Counted from the stretch's first letter, positions 13,871 to 30,413 are shown. The stretch: 64,000 nucleotides of DNA from Eledone cirrhosa (GCA_964016885.1 OZ024740.1:115320001-115384000); one strand, 5' to 3'. The notes: a model not told the origin generated them from the sequence alone. Translations and numbers: made by a program.

Positions 13871-16800
13871 TGTTACTACGCCCTTGCCTGCAGAACTGGG
13901 AATTCTCCTGTTCTGCTGCCAATTGCAGTAGACGGCTTCGAGGACGCCAGAGAACAAGTCCGGCATGCCTATGTAAAATTCGTAGGGAAGACCATCTAGA
14001 CCGGGTGACTTGCGTTTCCCGCAGCGGCCCAGGGCGTCCCGTATCTCAGTGTCCGTGATCGGTCTTTCGCAGAACTCGGCGTCCGTGTTCGAGAGACGCG
14101 GCAGGCTGTCGAGGTATGAACTAAAGTCCATTGCCCCGTTCGGCTCACCGTCGTTCTGCTCAAACAGTCGCGCAAAGTGCCGCTGAAAGGCCGCGCACAT
14201 TTGCTTGGGGTCAAGTAGCACGCGTCTGTTTTGGTCTTTCAAAGACCGAATCGTGGACTTGTTGCCACTTTTTGCCTCTGCCACTCGGGCTCAGCTGACA
14301 TCTTTCGCTCCTTCGTTTTGCACGTGTTTTGCTTCTGACCACGCAGCCTTCGTGTTTCGCATCGAAGAACTGGTCCAGTGCCGTTCTCGACGCCAACACT
14401 CTCGCCACCTCGCCACTTCTAAGTGCCTCCTCTTCCTTGGCTACTAGTTCTCTTTCTATTCTGTTTTTCTCTAAGGCTAACTCTCTGCTATACCCTATCG
14501 ATTCTATTCTAATTGCTTTCTTGAGAGAGTACCACCATCTATTGTTGACGATGGCTCCCGTTAACTGTTGCTTGACTAGTCTACTTATCCGTTCACTGTA
14601 AGCTTTACTGCCGGCAACGACACGTTCAGCTTCCAGTATCCGGGACCCTGTCTATGTATTCTATCACGGTTGACTAAGCAGACGACTAACTTGTGATCTG
14701 AATAGGCAACCATGTGCATTCGTGGACAGCTTAACATCTCCTTGTCCCTTTCTCTAATGAAGAACCTATCTAAATACGATCTAGATGTCCCGCTGTGGTT
14801 TGCCCACCTCCACTGTGGTGCAGTCGGAAAATCCAGTCGATACCTATCGGCCAGTTGGAATTAGCCGATTAAAGTTTTGAAGCTGTTGCACCCCCCTCTA
14901 TTGGGACATGCTCCCACATAGTCCCATCGTGCATCTAGGATACCATTCCAGCCCCCCACTAAAAGTAAGGAGCCAGACGTTCCCAGAAAAGACTCTAGAC
15001 GCTTAAAGAAGTCTGGCCGTGATTGCGATTGCCCGGTCGGGGCATAAACGGCCACCAGTCTAAAGGCTCCACCTCCAATACTGTTCACGTCTAGGACTAC
15101 CAGTCTACCCTCCGGGTCCAAGTGTACTTGCTGTACTACAACGTCCAGGTTCTTCCGAAACATAACAGCCACACCCCCTCCACCTCCTGGCTGACAGAGA
15201 GATGCGTAGATCTCAAAGTCGTCGAAGATGGGGGTAGTTGCTACCTGTTGTGGATCCTGGACTCGGTGATGGCTATCACATCCATACTGTGTGACATAAG
15301 GTCGTTTAAAAGTTGGCCCTGTTTCCAGGGCATCCCTAGGCCACGCACATTCACGCTTCCAACTCGTAAACCAGCCATGTTGGTGAAGAAAAGTTGGAGA
15401 AAAAGGAAGAAAGGTGCACTTACCTTTTCGTTTCCTGGAGATCGGGTTGTCAATCTCCATTTGGCTGCTGGATGGGGTGTTGGGTGGGGTGGGGAAACAT
15501 TTTAACAGGACGCGGTTGATGGGTTTGTGGCAGGGGTTGCCCACGTCCTGTGAAAATTTAATTTTTAGATCAGTATAGGTTTCCATAGAAACCCTTATAA
15601 GTTTAAGGTGCGGAGACGAAAGTGTTGCCCTCCGACTCCACCTTGGGGTTTTGGGAGATGACCTCCATCAAACTCTTGTTGTTTGTGTTGATGTATGCGT
15701 ATTGTTGTATGTGTTTTTGTTGTGTTGTTTTAGTTTGTTGTTCGTCCGGGAGTTTTCTTTTTATGGTGGGTGCTTGTGTTTGGGGTGGTGTTAGTGCTAG
15801 TTTTGCTGATAGGGGGATGTTTGAGGGTGGTGTTGTTTGTGTTGTTGTTTGTGTCTGTGGTTGTGGTTGGTGTTGGTGATTGGAGTTTTGGGGGTTTTGT
15901 GGTGTCTTTTTTTTGTTTTTTAGATTTCCGCGGTTCTCCCTCTTCTTCACTTAAAGAAGGAGAAGCAGCTTCATCCGTCGATGAATATTCTTCGTCAGGT
16001 GTGTAGGGTAGGGGTATGTTGTGTGGTGGTGGTGGTGTTTCGGTATGTGTGTTTGTGGTAGTGTTTGATGGAGTGGGATGGAGTGGGGTTGTGTTCTTCA
16101 GGGGTGTTGTCTCTGTTTTTTCTGTTGTTGTTGGTTGAGTGTCTGTTTGTTTTGGTGTGGTTGCTCGTTTCGTCTGTCGTTGTACTTGTGGTGGTGGTGG
16201 TTGTTTTGGTGTTGGTGTTGGTAATAGCGTTTTTTTTATGATGTTGTTGTTGTGTGTTTGTGGACAAGAGGCTTTTAGGTGAGCTGTGCCACCACAGCGA
16301 AAGCAATGAAATTTTCGTCCTTCTACCGGAATGTTCATTTTGTTGTTATTATCAATAACGACTCTTTCGGATATTTTGGAGATTCTCTCCGGTTTCATTT
16401 GCAACAGAATCTCCAAATCTGTGCCCGCCCACCTTTGTCGAATAGATTTTCGTATCGAAAGTATTATGTCTGTTTCTGGCTCTACGAAGCCAGCCAAGAT
16501 CCACCAGATGTTAATGCTTGGAGGTATGTTTTTATTTTTATTTGTTGTGTCCTTTTCCCCATGTATGTAGGGAAAAAGGTGTATGCTTTTGACACTATTG
16601 GTGTCACAGAGTTTTGGGGGGCGAGTGCCTCGCTTTTAAACAGTACGGAAACACTTCCGTACTGTTTTCCTCGCTGGAGAAAATCGACATTTGCTAGAAT
16701 TTCCTTGAAAGAATCTTCTATATCTGCTTGATTAACAAATGTCGGCTTTCTTGACGAATTTGACACAGTCCTAAAAGTGACTGATCTGCGGTTTGTGTCT

Positions 16801-17505
16801 TCCTTTATTTCAAGGGGTGAGTTAATTCTAAACCCACCTCTTTCTTCGAAAGTTACAAATTTTCTCCCTTGCTGGAGCATATCTCTTGCGTTGGAGATAT
16901 CAAGATTTATAAAATCTTGTTTTTTGATCACTGTTTCAGTGAAAGACATTTTCTTTTTTTGTGTGATGTTGCTGTTGATGATGTTGTTATCGTTGTTGGA
17001 AATCTCAGTTCCTTGTCGAGGTGAAACTTTATGTATAGATGTATCTGTAGAGTTGTTGATGTCTTTTTCATGTGTAGTATGTCAATGGGTTTTTTTTGCT
17101 GTGTTTTCCTGTGTTATTGTTATTTTTCTACGCTTCGGCGGTAGAAATTGTAAAATTTTCAAATGTTAATATATTTTTTTCTTTTGTGACAGTTGTATCT
17201 ATGGCGACGTCCGTAGTAGCAGAAGCAGATATAACGTTAATATCTGCCTCTTTCTCTCTCTTTTCTCTATTAACGTTCTCCAGCGTTCTAGTGTTGCTCA
17301 AGTTATTTACTTTGTAAAATCTGATATTTTAAAACAAATTTTTAAAATAAAATTTTCGCCCCTACAGGGGCAAAAAATGGGATTACCACCCAGCTGACAA
17401 TTCAGCTTGGGGGTTAATCTACAAAGAGTTGTGTTTTTTCAAACAATTAGATCGGATTTTTTGCATAGAAATTAACAAAAAACTTACCGGCGATGTTCCA
17501 CACGT
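13871..17505 (-). mobile_element. Tx1-clade copy B: 5' UTR, ORF1 and first part of ORF2, 3'-truncated
   Basis: Knuckle CFRCGGTAHLKASCP. ORF2 start MAGLRVGSVNVRGL at ~15378. Breaks off after SSAGKGVVT at ~13871. The 5' end abuts the (GATA)n tract. Confidence 0.9.
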
Positions 17506-17510
17506 CAGAC

Positions 17511-17515
<5 letters not shown>

Positions 17516-17594
<79 letters not shown>
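17516..17594. repeat. (GATA)n tract separating LINE copies
   Basis: Directly visible. Confidence 0.95.
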
Positions 17595-17595
<1 letters not shown>

Positions 17596-20283
17596 TGTTT
17601 CTTTATTAGCCACAGGGGCACAAAAGAAGGGGACAAATACAAAGGGGGAAGTTTACATACAATAAAAACGTGTAAAATATTGTCACAAATACAATTTAAA
17701 AAGTTAGTCGATTTCCCCGAATAATGGGAGACATTACATATGGGTAACACATACCCCCGAAAAAATGTGCAACCCTCATCTCCAGGAGTACGAAGGGTTT
17801 GTACTCCTTTCCTCCCCTCCTCTTTTTCCTCCACCTACAGGCTGATATAGAGAGAAGGCCCATTCACTCGGACCATTCTCGCCACTTTCACCCACCTTTC
17901 TTCCAAAGTGGTATTTGAAAAAAAAAATCAGTTGTTGGACGGAGAGAGGTGTCTGATCTCAGCCCTTTCAACCTTGTCCGCCATACAACCTCTTTCGCCA
18001 GAGCTATCACACAAAGGAAAACCGTCTCTTCTTCGTTTTTGAAGGTGGGTGGCGGTTTGATAATGACAATGGACTCGGTTGTCAACCGGATTGGTCCCAC
18101 CTGCGACAATAGTCGTTCTACATAGCCCCACAGGTCGGTGACGCCCAGGCAGTGTATGAATGCGTGCGCGACGGTTTCTTCGTCTGGCACGCACCTCGGA
18201 CAGATCTTTTTCGAAGGGTCCCTGCCCGGGCGCCCATGTCTGTAGAGCCTCCTCGAACTGGTAGAGCTCCTCGGTAGCACTGCCAGGCCAGGGACTTTGG
18301 GAAGTTGTCCATCGGTCCCGGGCGGAAGGTCCTACCGAACAGACTGGCCAGTTCATCTTCCTCTACGCCTAGAGTTTCACCGAGCGCGTCGTCGCACTTG
18401 CTGCGGATCAACCCTCTATAGAATGACGAAGTGGAGTCTCCACTGATCGCTGGGTCCGCCTGCTAGAGGGCTGTGAGCGCCGGAGCACATTCGATGTGCC
18501 AGTCGCCCATTTTCCTCGGTCTTTGCTTGACCCAGGACTGCAGCTCGGTCAGCGAGACGAGTCGTGGGAAGGCTCGCCTCACGAACGGAACCCACACCGG
18601 TTGTCCGGTGAGGAATACGTAGAGATGCCGCAGCTTGAGTGCGTGTTTGCGCATCGTCAGCCAGGGCATCCCCAGCCCTCCGTTGGAAGGGTGTTGGCAG
18701 CAGATGGATCCCTCACCAAAGGAGCCCGCCTCTTCCAAAGGAATTAGAAGAGCGCGCGCTCCATTTGGGTGAGCGTTTTGGCTGGACAAGGCACGACGGT
18801 CAAGTGGTAGTAGATGGCGGACGCTATAAAAGTGTTCGCCACTTCCGTTCGACCTTTCAAGGATAGTTTGCACTCGGCCCACTTCTGGGTGAGTGCAAAC
18901 ACCTTGGCCGTCACCTCTTTCCAGTTCTTCTCCAGCTGGAGGTCCGGACCAAACCAGACCCGGAGCAGATTTACCGGTCCTTACGTCCAGCATCAGACGA
19001 CGCCATGGGAAGGCATCGGTTTGCCTCTCCACGATCCGAGTTGCAAACCGATGGACTTGTCCCGGTTCAGCTTCGCTCCTGTGAACCTTTCGTATTCCTT
19101 CAGTAAGGTGCCGACTTCCCCGATTTGCGAGGCGCTCGACACCATTACTGTCACGTCGTCGACGTAGGCTGACGCAGCTTTTCGCAGTCCCGGTTCCAAA
19201 GGGATGCTCTGCAATAGCCCTAACTTCCGCAGTAGTGGCTCGAGAGTTAGTACGTACAGAAGGGAGGAGAGAGGGCTTCCCTGTCGAATGGATCGCGTGA
19301 TATGGAACGGCTCCGAGAGGTAGCCGTTCACCTTAACCCTTGAGCAGATGTTGCTGTTGTGCATTGCAGCAATCCAGCCCCTGAACACGGGTCCGAATCC
19401 TGCCGCCTCGAGCACCGCATCCAGGTAACGATGGTCAACCCTATCAAAAGCCTTAGACTGATCCAAGTTGATCAGGACCCAACCGAAGCCGGGTTTACCT
19501 CCTACCCTTTCTATGATGTATCGCATGAGGTGGAGGTTGTCGTGTATGGACCTGGTCGGGATTGCGCATGTCTGCGCTTTTCCCACCAGGTTCTCGACGA
19601 CAAGCGCCAGCCTCTTTGCCAACACCTTGGCCAAAATCTGTAACTCTGTGTTTAGCAGAGTTATGGGGCGGAAGCTGCCTATGTTATCCTCCTTATTCTC
19701 GTCCTTCCTGACTAGTGTGATGACTCCGGTCACAGAACTGGGAATTCTCCCGTTCTGTTGCCAGTTGCAGTATACCGCTTCCAGGATACCGGAGAATAAG
19801 TCCGGCATTGCTACGTAAAATTCGTAGGGTAGACCGTCGAGACCGGGAGATTTGCGTTTGCCGCATTGGCTCAGTGCGTCCCCTATCTCAGCGGCAGAAA
19901 TCGGCTTTTCACAGAACTTTGCCTCGCTGCTCGAGAATCGCGGTAGACCGTTGAGGTATGGACCGAAATCCATAGCCCCTCCCGGCGCCCCGCCCTGCCC
20001 GAACAGTTGAGCAAAGTGCCGCTGAAAGACCGCACACATCTGCTTCGGCTCACGTATCACGCGTCCGCTTTAGTCCTTCAAAGACCGAATCGTGGACTTG
20101 TTGCCACTTTTTGCCTCCGTCACTCGGGCCCAGCTAACAGCTTTGGCTCCCTCGTTTCCCAGAGCGCGTATTCTGCTTCTGACAACGCAGCCCTCGTGCT
20201 TTGCGTCGAAGAACTGGTCCAAGGCCGTTCTCGTTGCTAGCACGCTGGCTACGTTGCCACTTCTAATTGCCTCTTCTACTTTA
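17595..20283 (-). mobile_element. Tx1-clade copy C, 5'-truncated (RT, zinc finger, 3' UTR)
   Basis: ORF 18993-20060 with KSPGLDG, FRPITLLN, DQSKAFDRVDH, RQGSPLS, YVDD. The 3' end is AATAAAGAAACAT(ATCT)n. Confidence 0.93.
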
Positions 20284-20325
20284 TCAGATAGATAGATAGA
20301 TAGATAGATAGGTAGATAGATAGAT

Positions 20326-23010
20326 ATGTTTCTTTATTAGCCACAGGGGCACAAAAGAAGGGGACAAATACAAAGGGGGAAGTTTACATACAATAAAATC
20401 GTGTAAAATGTTATCACAAATGTAATTTAAAAAGTTAGTCGATTTTCCCCAATAGGGGAGACAGTTTATATGGGTAACACATACCCCCGAAAATATGTGC
20501 AACGCTCATCTCCAGGAGTACGAAGAGTTTGTACTCCTTTCCTCTCCTCCTCCTTTTCCTCAACCTACAGGCTGATATAGAGAGAAGGCCCATTCACTCG
20601 GGCCATTCTCGCCACTTTCACCCACCTTTCATAATACTTGCTGGGGTACAGCACCTCTCTCTCCATCCTGATTCTTCTTCCAAAGTGGTATTTGAAAAAA
20701 AGAATCAGTTGTTGGTCGGAGAGAAAGGTGTCTGACCTCAGCCCTTTCAACCTTGTCCACCATACAACCCCTTTCGCCATAGCTATCACACAAAGGAAAA
20801 CCACCTCTCCTTCGTTTTTGAAGGAGGGTGGCGGTTTGATCATGACAATGGACTCGGTGGTCAACCGGATTGGTCCCACCCGCAACAATAGTCGTTCTAC
20901 GTAGCCCCACAGGTCAGTGGCGCCCGGGCAGTGTATGAATGCGTGGGCGACGGTTTCTTCGTCTCGCACGCACCTCGGGCAGATCTCTTTTGCAGGGTCC
21001 CTGCCCGGGCGCCCATGTCTGGTAGAGCTCCTCGGTAGCACTGCCAGGCCAGGGACTTTGGGAAGTTGTCCATCGGTCCCGGGCGGAAGGTCCTACCGAA
21101 CAGACTGGCCAGTTCATCTTCCTCTACGCCTAGAGTTTCACCGAGCGCGTCGTCGCACTTGCTGCGGATCAACCCTCTATAGAATGACGTAATGGAGTCT
21201 CCACTGATCGCCGGGTCCGCCGGCCAGAGGGCTGTGAGCTCCTGAGCACATTCGATGTGCCAGTCGCCCATTTTCCTCGGTCTTTGCTTGACCCAGGACT
21301 GCAGCTCGGTCAGCGAGACGAGTCGTGGGAAGGCTCGCCTCACGAACGGGGCCCACACCGGTTGTCCGGTGAGGAATACGTAGAGATGCCGCAGCCTGAG
21401 CGCATGTTTGCGCATCGTCAACCACGGCATCCCCAGCCCTCGGTTAGAAGGGTGTTGGCAGCAGATGGATCTTCTCACCAAAGGAGCCCGCTCTTCCAAA
21501 GGAATCGGAAGAGCGCGCGCTCCATTTTGGCACGACAGTCAAGTGGTAGTAGATGACGGACGCTATGAAAGTGTTCGCCACCTCCGCTCGACCTTTCAAG
21601 GATAGTTTGCACTCGGCCCACTTCTGGGTGAGTGCAAATACCTTGGCCGTGACTTCGTTCCAGTTCTTCTCCACCTGGAGGTCCGGACCAAACCAGACGC
21701 CGAGCAGCTTTACCGGTCCTTCGGTCCAGCGTCCGACGACGCCATCGGAAGGCATCGGTTTGCCTCTCCACGATCCGAGTTGCAAACCGATGGACTTGTC
21801 CCGGTTCAGCTTCGCTCCTGTGAACCTTTCGTATTCCTTCAGTAAGGTGCCGACTTCCCCGATTTGCGAGGCGCTCGACACCATTACTGTCACATCGTCG
21901 GCGTAGGCTGACGCCGCTTTCCGCAGTCCCGCTGCCAGAGGGATGCCCTACAATAGCTCCAGCTTCCGCAGTAGTGGCTCGAGAGTCAGTACGTACAGAA
22001 GGGAGGAGAGAGGGCATCCCTGTCGAATGGATCGCGTAATATGGAACGGCTCCGAGAGGTAGCCGTTCACCTTGACCCTTGAGCAGATGTTGCTGTTGTG
22101 CATTGCAGCAATCCAGCCCCTGAACACGGGTCCGAAGCCTGCCGCCTCGAGCACCGCATCCAGGTAACGATGTTCAACCCTATCGAAAGCCTTAGACTGA
22201 TCCAAGTTGACCAGGGCCCCACCGAAGCCGGGTTTACACCCAACCCTCTCTATGATGTATCGCATGAGGTGGAGGTTGTCGTGTATGGACCTGTTCGGGA
22301 TTGCGCATGTCTGCGCTTTTCCCACCAGGTTCTCGACGAGAAGCGCCAGCCTCTTTGCCAACACCTTGGCCAAAATCTGTAACTCTGTGTTTAGCAGAGT
22401 TATGGGCCGGAAGTTGCCTATGTTATTATCCTTATTCTCGTCCTTTCTGACTAGTGTGATGCCCCCGGTCACAGAACTGGGAATTCTGCCGTTCTGTTGC
22501 CAGTTGCAGTAGACCGCTTCCAGGAGATCGGAGAATAAGTCCGGCATTGCTACGTAAAATTCGTAGGGTAGACCGTCGAGACCGGGAGATTTGCGTTTGC
22601 TGCATTGGCTCAGCGCGTCCCCTATCTCAGCGGCTGAAATCGGCTTTTCACAGAACTTTGCCTCGCTGCCCGAGAGTCGCGGTAGGCCGTTGAGTTATGG
22701 ACCGAAATCCATAGCCCCTCCCGGCGCGCCGCCCTGCCCGAACAGTTGAGCAAAGTGCCGCTGAAAGACCGCACATATCTGCTTCGGCTCACGTTTCACG
22801 CGTCCGCTTTGGTCCTTCAAAGACCGAATCGTGGACTTGTTGCCACTTTTTGCCTCCGTCACTCGGGCCCAGCTAACAGCTTTGGCTCCCTCGTTTCCCA
22901 GAGCACGTATTTTGCTTCTGACAACACAGCCCTCGTGCTTTGCGTCGAAGAACTGGTCCAAGGCCGTTCTCGTTGCTAGCACGCTGGCTACGTTGCCACA
23001 TCTAATTGCC

Positions 23011-23011
<1 letters not shown>
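20326..23011 (-). mobile_element. Tx1-clade copy D, 5'-truncated
   Basis: Colinear with copy C, with the same RT motifs and the same 3' end followed by (ATCT)n. Confidence 0.93.
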
Positions 23012-23385
<374 letters not shown>

Positions 23386-23699
23386 ACGAGAGTGAGATAA
23401 AATGAATGATAAATAGTTAATACTACTTCATTATTTCACATTTTGTATGGTCGTTATTTTCCAGACGACATTTAACCGAAAATGAGATCAAAGACGCAGA
23501 AATAAATCAAAGGTAAGCAGTGTTATAAGACGCCTGTATTTTTCATGAGTTATCTTAATTATCATAGGTGGAAAAACTTCATCCCACTCAGTTTGGATAC
23601 ACGTGTGTGTGAATGTGCGTGTGTAATTATATACTGTTTCTGCTGTTGTGTTTATTGCGCATTGCTGTTGTCAACGCTATTAGTAGTGTTGATAGTGAA

Positions 23700-24010
23700 T
23701 GCGCGTGAGATAGTGGTTAGTGTATTAGACTCAAAGGTTCGATTCCCGGTGGTGCGTTATGTCTTTGAGCAAGAGACTTTATTTCCTGTTGCTCCCATCC
23801 ATCCACTCAGCTAGTAAAAATGAGTTGTACTTCTAATTCGAAGGACCAGCTTTGTCACATTCTGTGTCACGCTGAATCTCTCTGAGAACTACATTAAGGG
23901 AATGCGTGCCTGTGAAATACTCAGCCACTTGCACGTTAATTTCACGAGCAGGATCTTCTGTTGATCGTATCAACTGGAACATTCTTCGTCGTACCCGACG
24001 AAGCACCAGT
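23700..24010 (+). mobile_element. tRNA-derived SINE family 2
   Basis: tagtggttag...ggttcgattccc head and tgtctttgagcaagagacttt central block; related to 58020-58345 and to the head at 42695-42775. Confidence 0.75.
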
Positions 24011-24624
24011 TCATTAGTGATGGTGATGACGATGGTGGCGTTTGTGGTTTTAGCTATGGAGGAGCTTGTGGTGATAATTGATGTTAAGTTTGTGATGATG
24101 GGAAAACTTGTGGTAATGCTTGCTTTGGTGGTGTGTGTTGGGGTAGTGGTTAGCAGTGATGGGGGTGGTGATGGCGGTGCTTGTGGCGGTAGTATTGGTG
24201 GTGGTATTCGTGGTGGTGGTAGTAGTGGTGGTATTCGTGGTGGTGTTTGAAATGAAAGTAGTGGTGGTGGTGGTGGTGTTTGTTGAGGTGATTATAGTTA
24301 TAATTGTAGAGGTAATTATGGCAAAGGGTTAACTTGTGATCGAAGTCAAGGTAGTGGTCATGATTGTGCTTTGGATATTTCCACAATGCTTCTAAGTGGC
24401 ATGTATGTTTAGTCATTTATTTAATGATCGAAGGAAATTATCATATATTAAATTTAATTATACGTATTTGAGTTTCAGTAATGTGCCTCTAATCTAAGTA
24501 GCCTGCCTAGTTTGGCCTAATGGAAACGCAGACCCTGATCATTACTGATAGCATACCATATCATTACTGACAGAATATCTTTAAAATTTGTAATACTGTA
24601 AAACTGGTCCATCGTTTCTCGATG

Positions 24625-24980
24625 ATCTTCTTCTTCTTCTTCTTCTTCTTCTTCTTCTTCTTCTTCTTCTTCTTCTTCTTCTTCTTCTTCTTCTTCTTCT
24701 TCTTCTTCTTCTCCTCCTCCTTCTTCGCCCATTTATTCCCGAGAGAGTCGTGTGGACAGAGTCCTCAAGCACACCTTCTAGCAGGTCATGTTAGAAGCAA
24801 TTGTCTCCAATTGATTCGCCTGGATCCCCAAACGAGACTAGCCAAATTCATGTATGTTATCCCACCATCTTGCTCGGGGTCTACCTCTGGGTTTCCTGCC
24901 AGTTGGTTTTGCCCGTAAAATCAGTCCAGCGACAGTTTTATTGAGACATTTTAACCCCATGTCCGTAATATTGGAGCTGT
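24625..24980 (-). mobile_element. RTE-clade LINE 3' end with long (GAA)n tail
   Basis: Minus-strand translation KPTGRKPRGRPRARWWDNIHE; the 3' UTR is shared with 46450-46705 and 59640-59865. Confidence 0.75.
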
Positions 24981-25039
24981 GATAATATGAAAAATTCTCT
25001 AAAGTATGGGAGGGAGTAGAATAATAGTTTTAGTGGAAT

Positions 25040-25450
25040 TTCATCGTGTTGATGTCCCAAGAGACAAAACCGCTGATTCTACTGGAGCTTCTTTTTGCCC
25101 GGGAAGAGAACATAGAAGATGCATATGAAAGAAAAAGAGAGACGTACAAGGGGTGTGATGTGTGGAGGATTCCTGCAGGAATGGATCTGGCACGAAGTGC
25201 ATGCCAGGTTGTTGCCTAAATAAAGCCTATGTAACCATGGGAATTAAGAGGGTTAAGCAGGAAGAGATCTAACAAGGACAACGTAAAAGCAACAGTGGAG
25301 GCAACGAGAGGATATGGCTGAAGTAGTATATCACTTAGATACAGGCTGAGGCATGGTCAACCTCGGTCGAGTCAGCTAGATGAGGGTACATGCGGCAAGG
25401 CTCAAAATACCCACTGACTCTGGAAAACAACATTGGTGATGTGTCCAAGG
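25040..25450 (+). mobile_element. Hero-like (restriction-like endonuclease) LINE 3' fragment
   Basis: LILLELLFAREENIEDAYERKRETY resembles the ELTVPWEE...ERK..KY signature of RLE LINEs; the 3' UTR resembles 38130-38225. Confidence 0.55.
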
Positions 25451-26166
25451 ATTTGCATCCGTTGATGTGTGAAATAGATAAGGAGTATAAGGGGAATAAG
25501 TAATAGGTAACCTGTTATAAATTTCAAGATCTTCATCCTATCTGGCAGGGAATTGATGTAAGATATGTGTGTGTGTGTGTGTGTGTGTGCATGTGTACGA
25601 GTGTGTGTGCGCCCATGTGTGAATGTGTGAGTATGTGTGTGTATGATACAGCAAATTGATAATAGATTATCAGTCTCATAGACGTTATTTATAAGAAATA
25701 TGGACATTGCCATTGAAGTGCAAGCTATGTATAATGTGGAAGGCGTCTAATAACCATTCTTTGTCTATAGATATATGTAAACCTGATTTGGAGTGAGAAA
25801 TAGAGGTCAGGATATATTTTAACCCCTACTATATATAATAGCTTGAAACAAAAAAATAGAGATACTTGTATTTCAGAACTGTTTTTCAAAGATTTTGACA
25901 TGTTTGTAAATGATAGTTACATTAACATGAGAATGAGCATTAAAACACCATTTGTTTGATTAGGGTGGGGTAAGGTGGGGTGATTATGGGAGATGGTACG
26001 GTTATGGAGACGGGGTGATATCGGTTGGAGCATGATCATAAATATGTGGTGAATAAGATTGATGTGGTCAAGACGAGGATTAATAGCTTTAGGAATATAT
26101 CAGCCCCACACTTACACAAACATGTACATATATAAAATAATTGACAGAATGTAATCCGCCTGAGTA

Positions 26167-26223
<57 letters not shown>

Positions 26224-26251
26224 CGGCGATGAATTATATATACATATGAAT

Positions 26252-26764
<513 letters not shown>

Positions 26765-26958
26765 GATAAATCTACCAAGAGTTTACGGTAGTGTCCAATC
26801 CGTATGAAGAACTCAATGTAATCCAGATATCATGGAAAGAAGAGATGCATTCAAAAATCACTTTCGGTGAAAGATAAACGGAATACAGAGTCAAGATAAA
26901 ATATAAAAAAAATAATGAATAAAACAATGAAACAGTTCCTTATATTAAACAAAAAAAG

Positions 26959-27121
26959 TTCATTATTTAACGATCGTTTCTAGGACATATATGTGTTAGA
27001 ATTGGCATGCATATTCAACAGATCTATGTACAAAATTATACAAAATTATACAAAATTATACAAACTATCAAATTTAATATACATACTAACACATATATAT
27101 GCCGTCTTCAGAAATAATGAA
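26959..27121 (-). ncRNA. Type I HHR motif with very long stem II (family C, left arm)
   Basis: Reverse complement of 29739-29891 with one extra 10-bp repeat unit. Confidence 0.65.
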
Positions 27122-27455
27122 ATATATTTATTGATAATAACAACAATTCAAAATTACAGGTCTGTTTGGGAACAGAGTTCAAATTGACCAATGAAATACA
27201 CAGAAATATGTCCAGTTAGGTGTGTGTATATATGTAAGTAACTTCGTTCACATATATGCATAAAAATATATGTTCACATACATACGCATGTCGAAAAAAT
27301 GTATGTAAATACAAAAATTCAGGGCTAATGTCTCTGTATGTTTATAATCTACAGATAAAATACATATACGTATATAAACAGGATTGAAGAATATCATGTA
27401 ATCATAAACTGGGAAAAATTTTAAATATATACCTAATTAATATATTCTTTACAAT

Positions 27456-29180
<1,725 letters not shown>

Positions 29181-29738
29181 TTTAATATTCTTCTTTTTAT
29201 TTCTAAATTTATAGATACATTTTTAAATAGGCAGTTTGTCTGACACACGTAAATACTGACCCCCCCCCCCCCCCCACCTACTTTCTGTATCTGGACCTAA
29301 ATATATGTGGCAGTGTTTATGTGCGTGCCTTAATGTCCATATGCTTATGATAATAATATATACACATATATGTGTGTGTGTGTGTGTATGTTCGTGGTTA
29401 TGTGTATGTTTATGCGTATATGCGCGTGTGTGTGTGAATGTATGTTTATGTGTGTATATATGAATGTATATATGTTTATATACGTATATGTATTTTATCT
29501 GTAGATTATAAACATAGAGACATTAGCCCTGAATTTTTGTATTTACATACATTTTTTCGACATGCGTATGCATGTGAACATATATTTTTATGTATATATG
29601 TGAACGAAGTTACTTACATATATACACACACCTAACTGTATTTTCTGGACATATTTCTGTGTATTTCATTGGTCAATTTGAACTCTGTTCCCAAACAGAC
29701 CTGTAATTTTGAATTGTTGTTATTATCAATAAATATAT

Positions 29739-29891
29739 TTCATTATTTCTGAAGACGGCATATATATGTGTTGGTATGTATATTAAATTTGATAGTTTGT
29801 ATAATTTTGTATAATTTTGTACATAGATCTGTTGAATATGCATGCCAATTCTAACACATATATGTCCTAGAAACGATCGTTAAATAATGAA
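29739..29891 (+). ncRNA. Type I HHR motif with very long stem II (family C, right arm)
   Basis: ttcattattt CTGAAGA [~114-nt hairpin ggcatatat..gtgtt...aacacatatatgtcc] GAAAC gatc GTT aaataatgaa; perfect 10-bp stem I and palindromic stem III ACGATCGT. Confidence 0.7.
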
Positions 29892-29974
29892 CTTTTTTTG
29901 TTTAATATAAGGAACTGTTTCATTGTTTTATTCATTATTTTTTTAATATTTTATATATATATATATATATTTAT

Positions 29975-30413
29975 TTATTTATTAAAATAACAAATTAAAG
30001 TTCAAGCAAAGAATCGCTGCTTTCACCCTTAACGGGATCTTCTGAAACTAACAAAGTCAAACTGTAAACGCAGAAGTGGATATTTCAAAAAACGTTGCAA
30101 CCGGAGAAAGACAGGAAGACGATACTTTGGTTCGTGGAAACGTTCCCTGGCAAAGAACGGGAAAAAACGAATATAATACGTCATTAATAGGAGCGGTGAA
30201 AAACAATTACACGCAAAGACAGAACCACGTTTATGGTATAAAAGAAGTGGTTTTGTCTTTGCGTGCAATTGTTCTCCACGCTCCACATATGACGTATTAT
30301 CGTCGTTTTTTTCGTTCATTGAACGTCTCTATGTTCCACCTAAGCGAACATTAGTCTACGACTTCTTTTATACCATAAACGTGGTTCTGTCTTTGCGAAA
30401 GTCGATCGTTCCT
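29975..30413 (-). mobile_element. HHR family G element in (TA)n with rod-like internal hairpin
   Basis: Degenerate HHR at 29999-30049, imperfect hairpin 30150-30326, and a short perfect inverted copy (30361-30397) of 30211-30249. Confidence 0.6.
29999..30049 (-). ncRNA. Type I HHR motif with U4>A core mutation (family G)
   Basis: Minus strand agttt CAGAAGA t ccc gttaa ggg t GAAA gcag cgattct ttgc TT gaact; all three stems pair. Confidence 0.55.
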
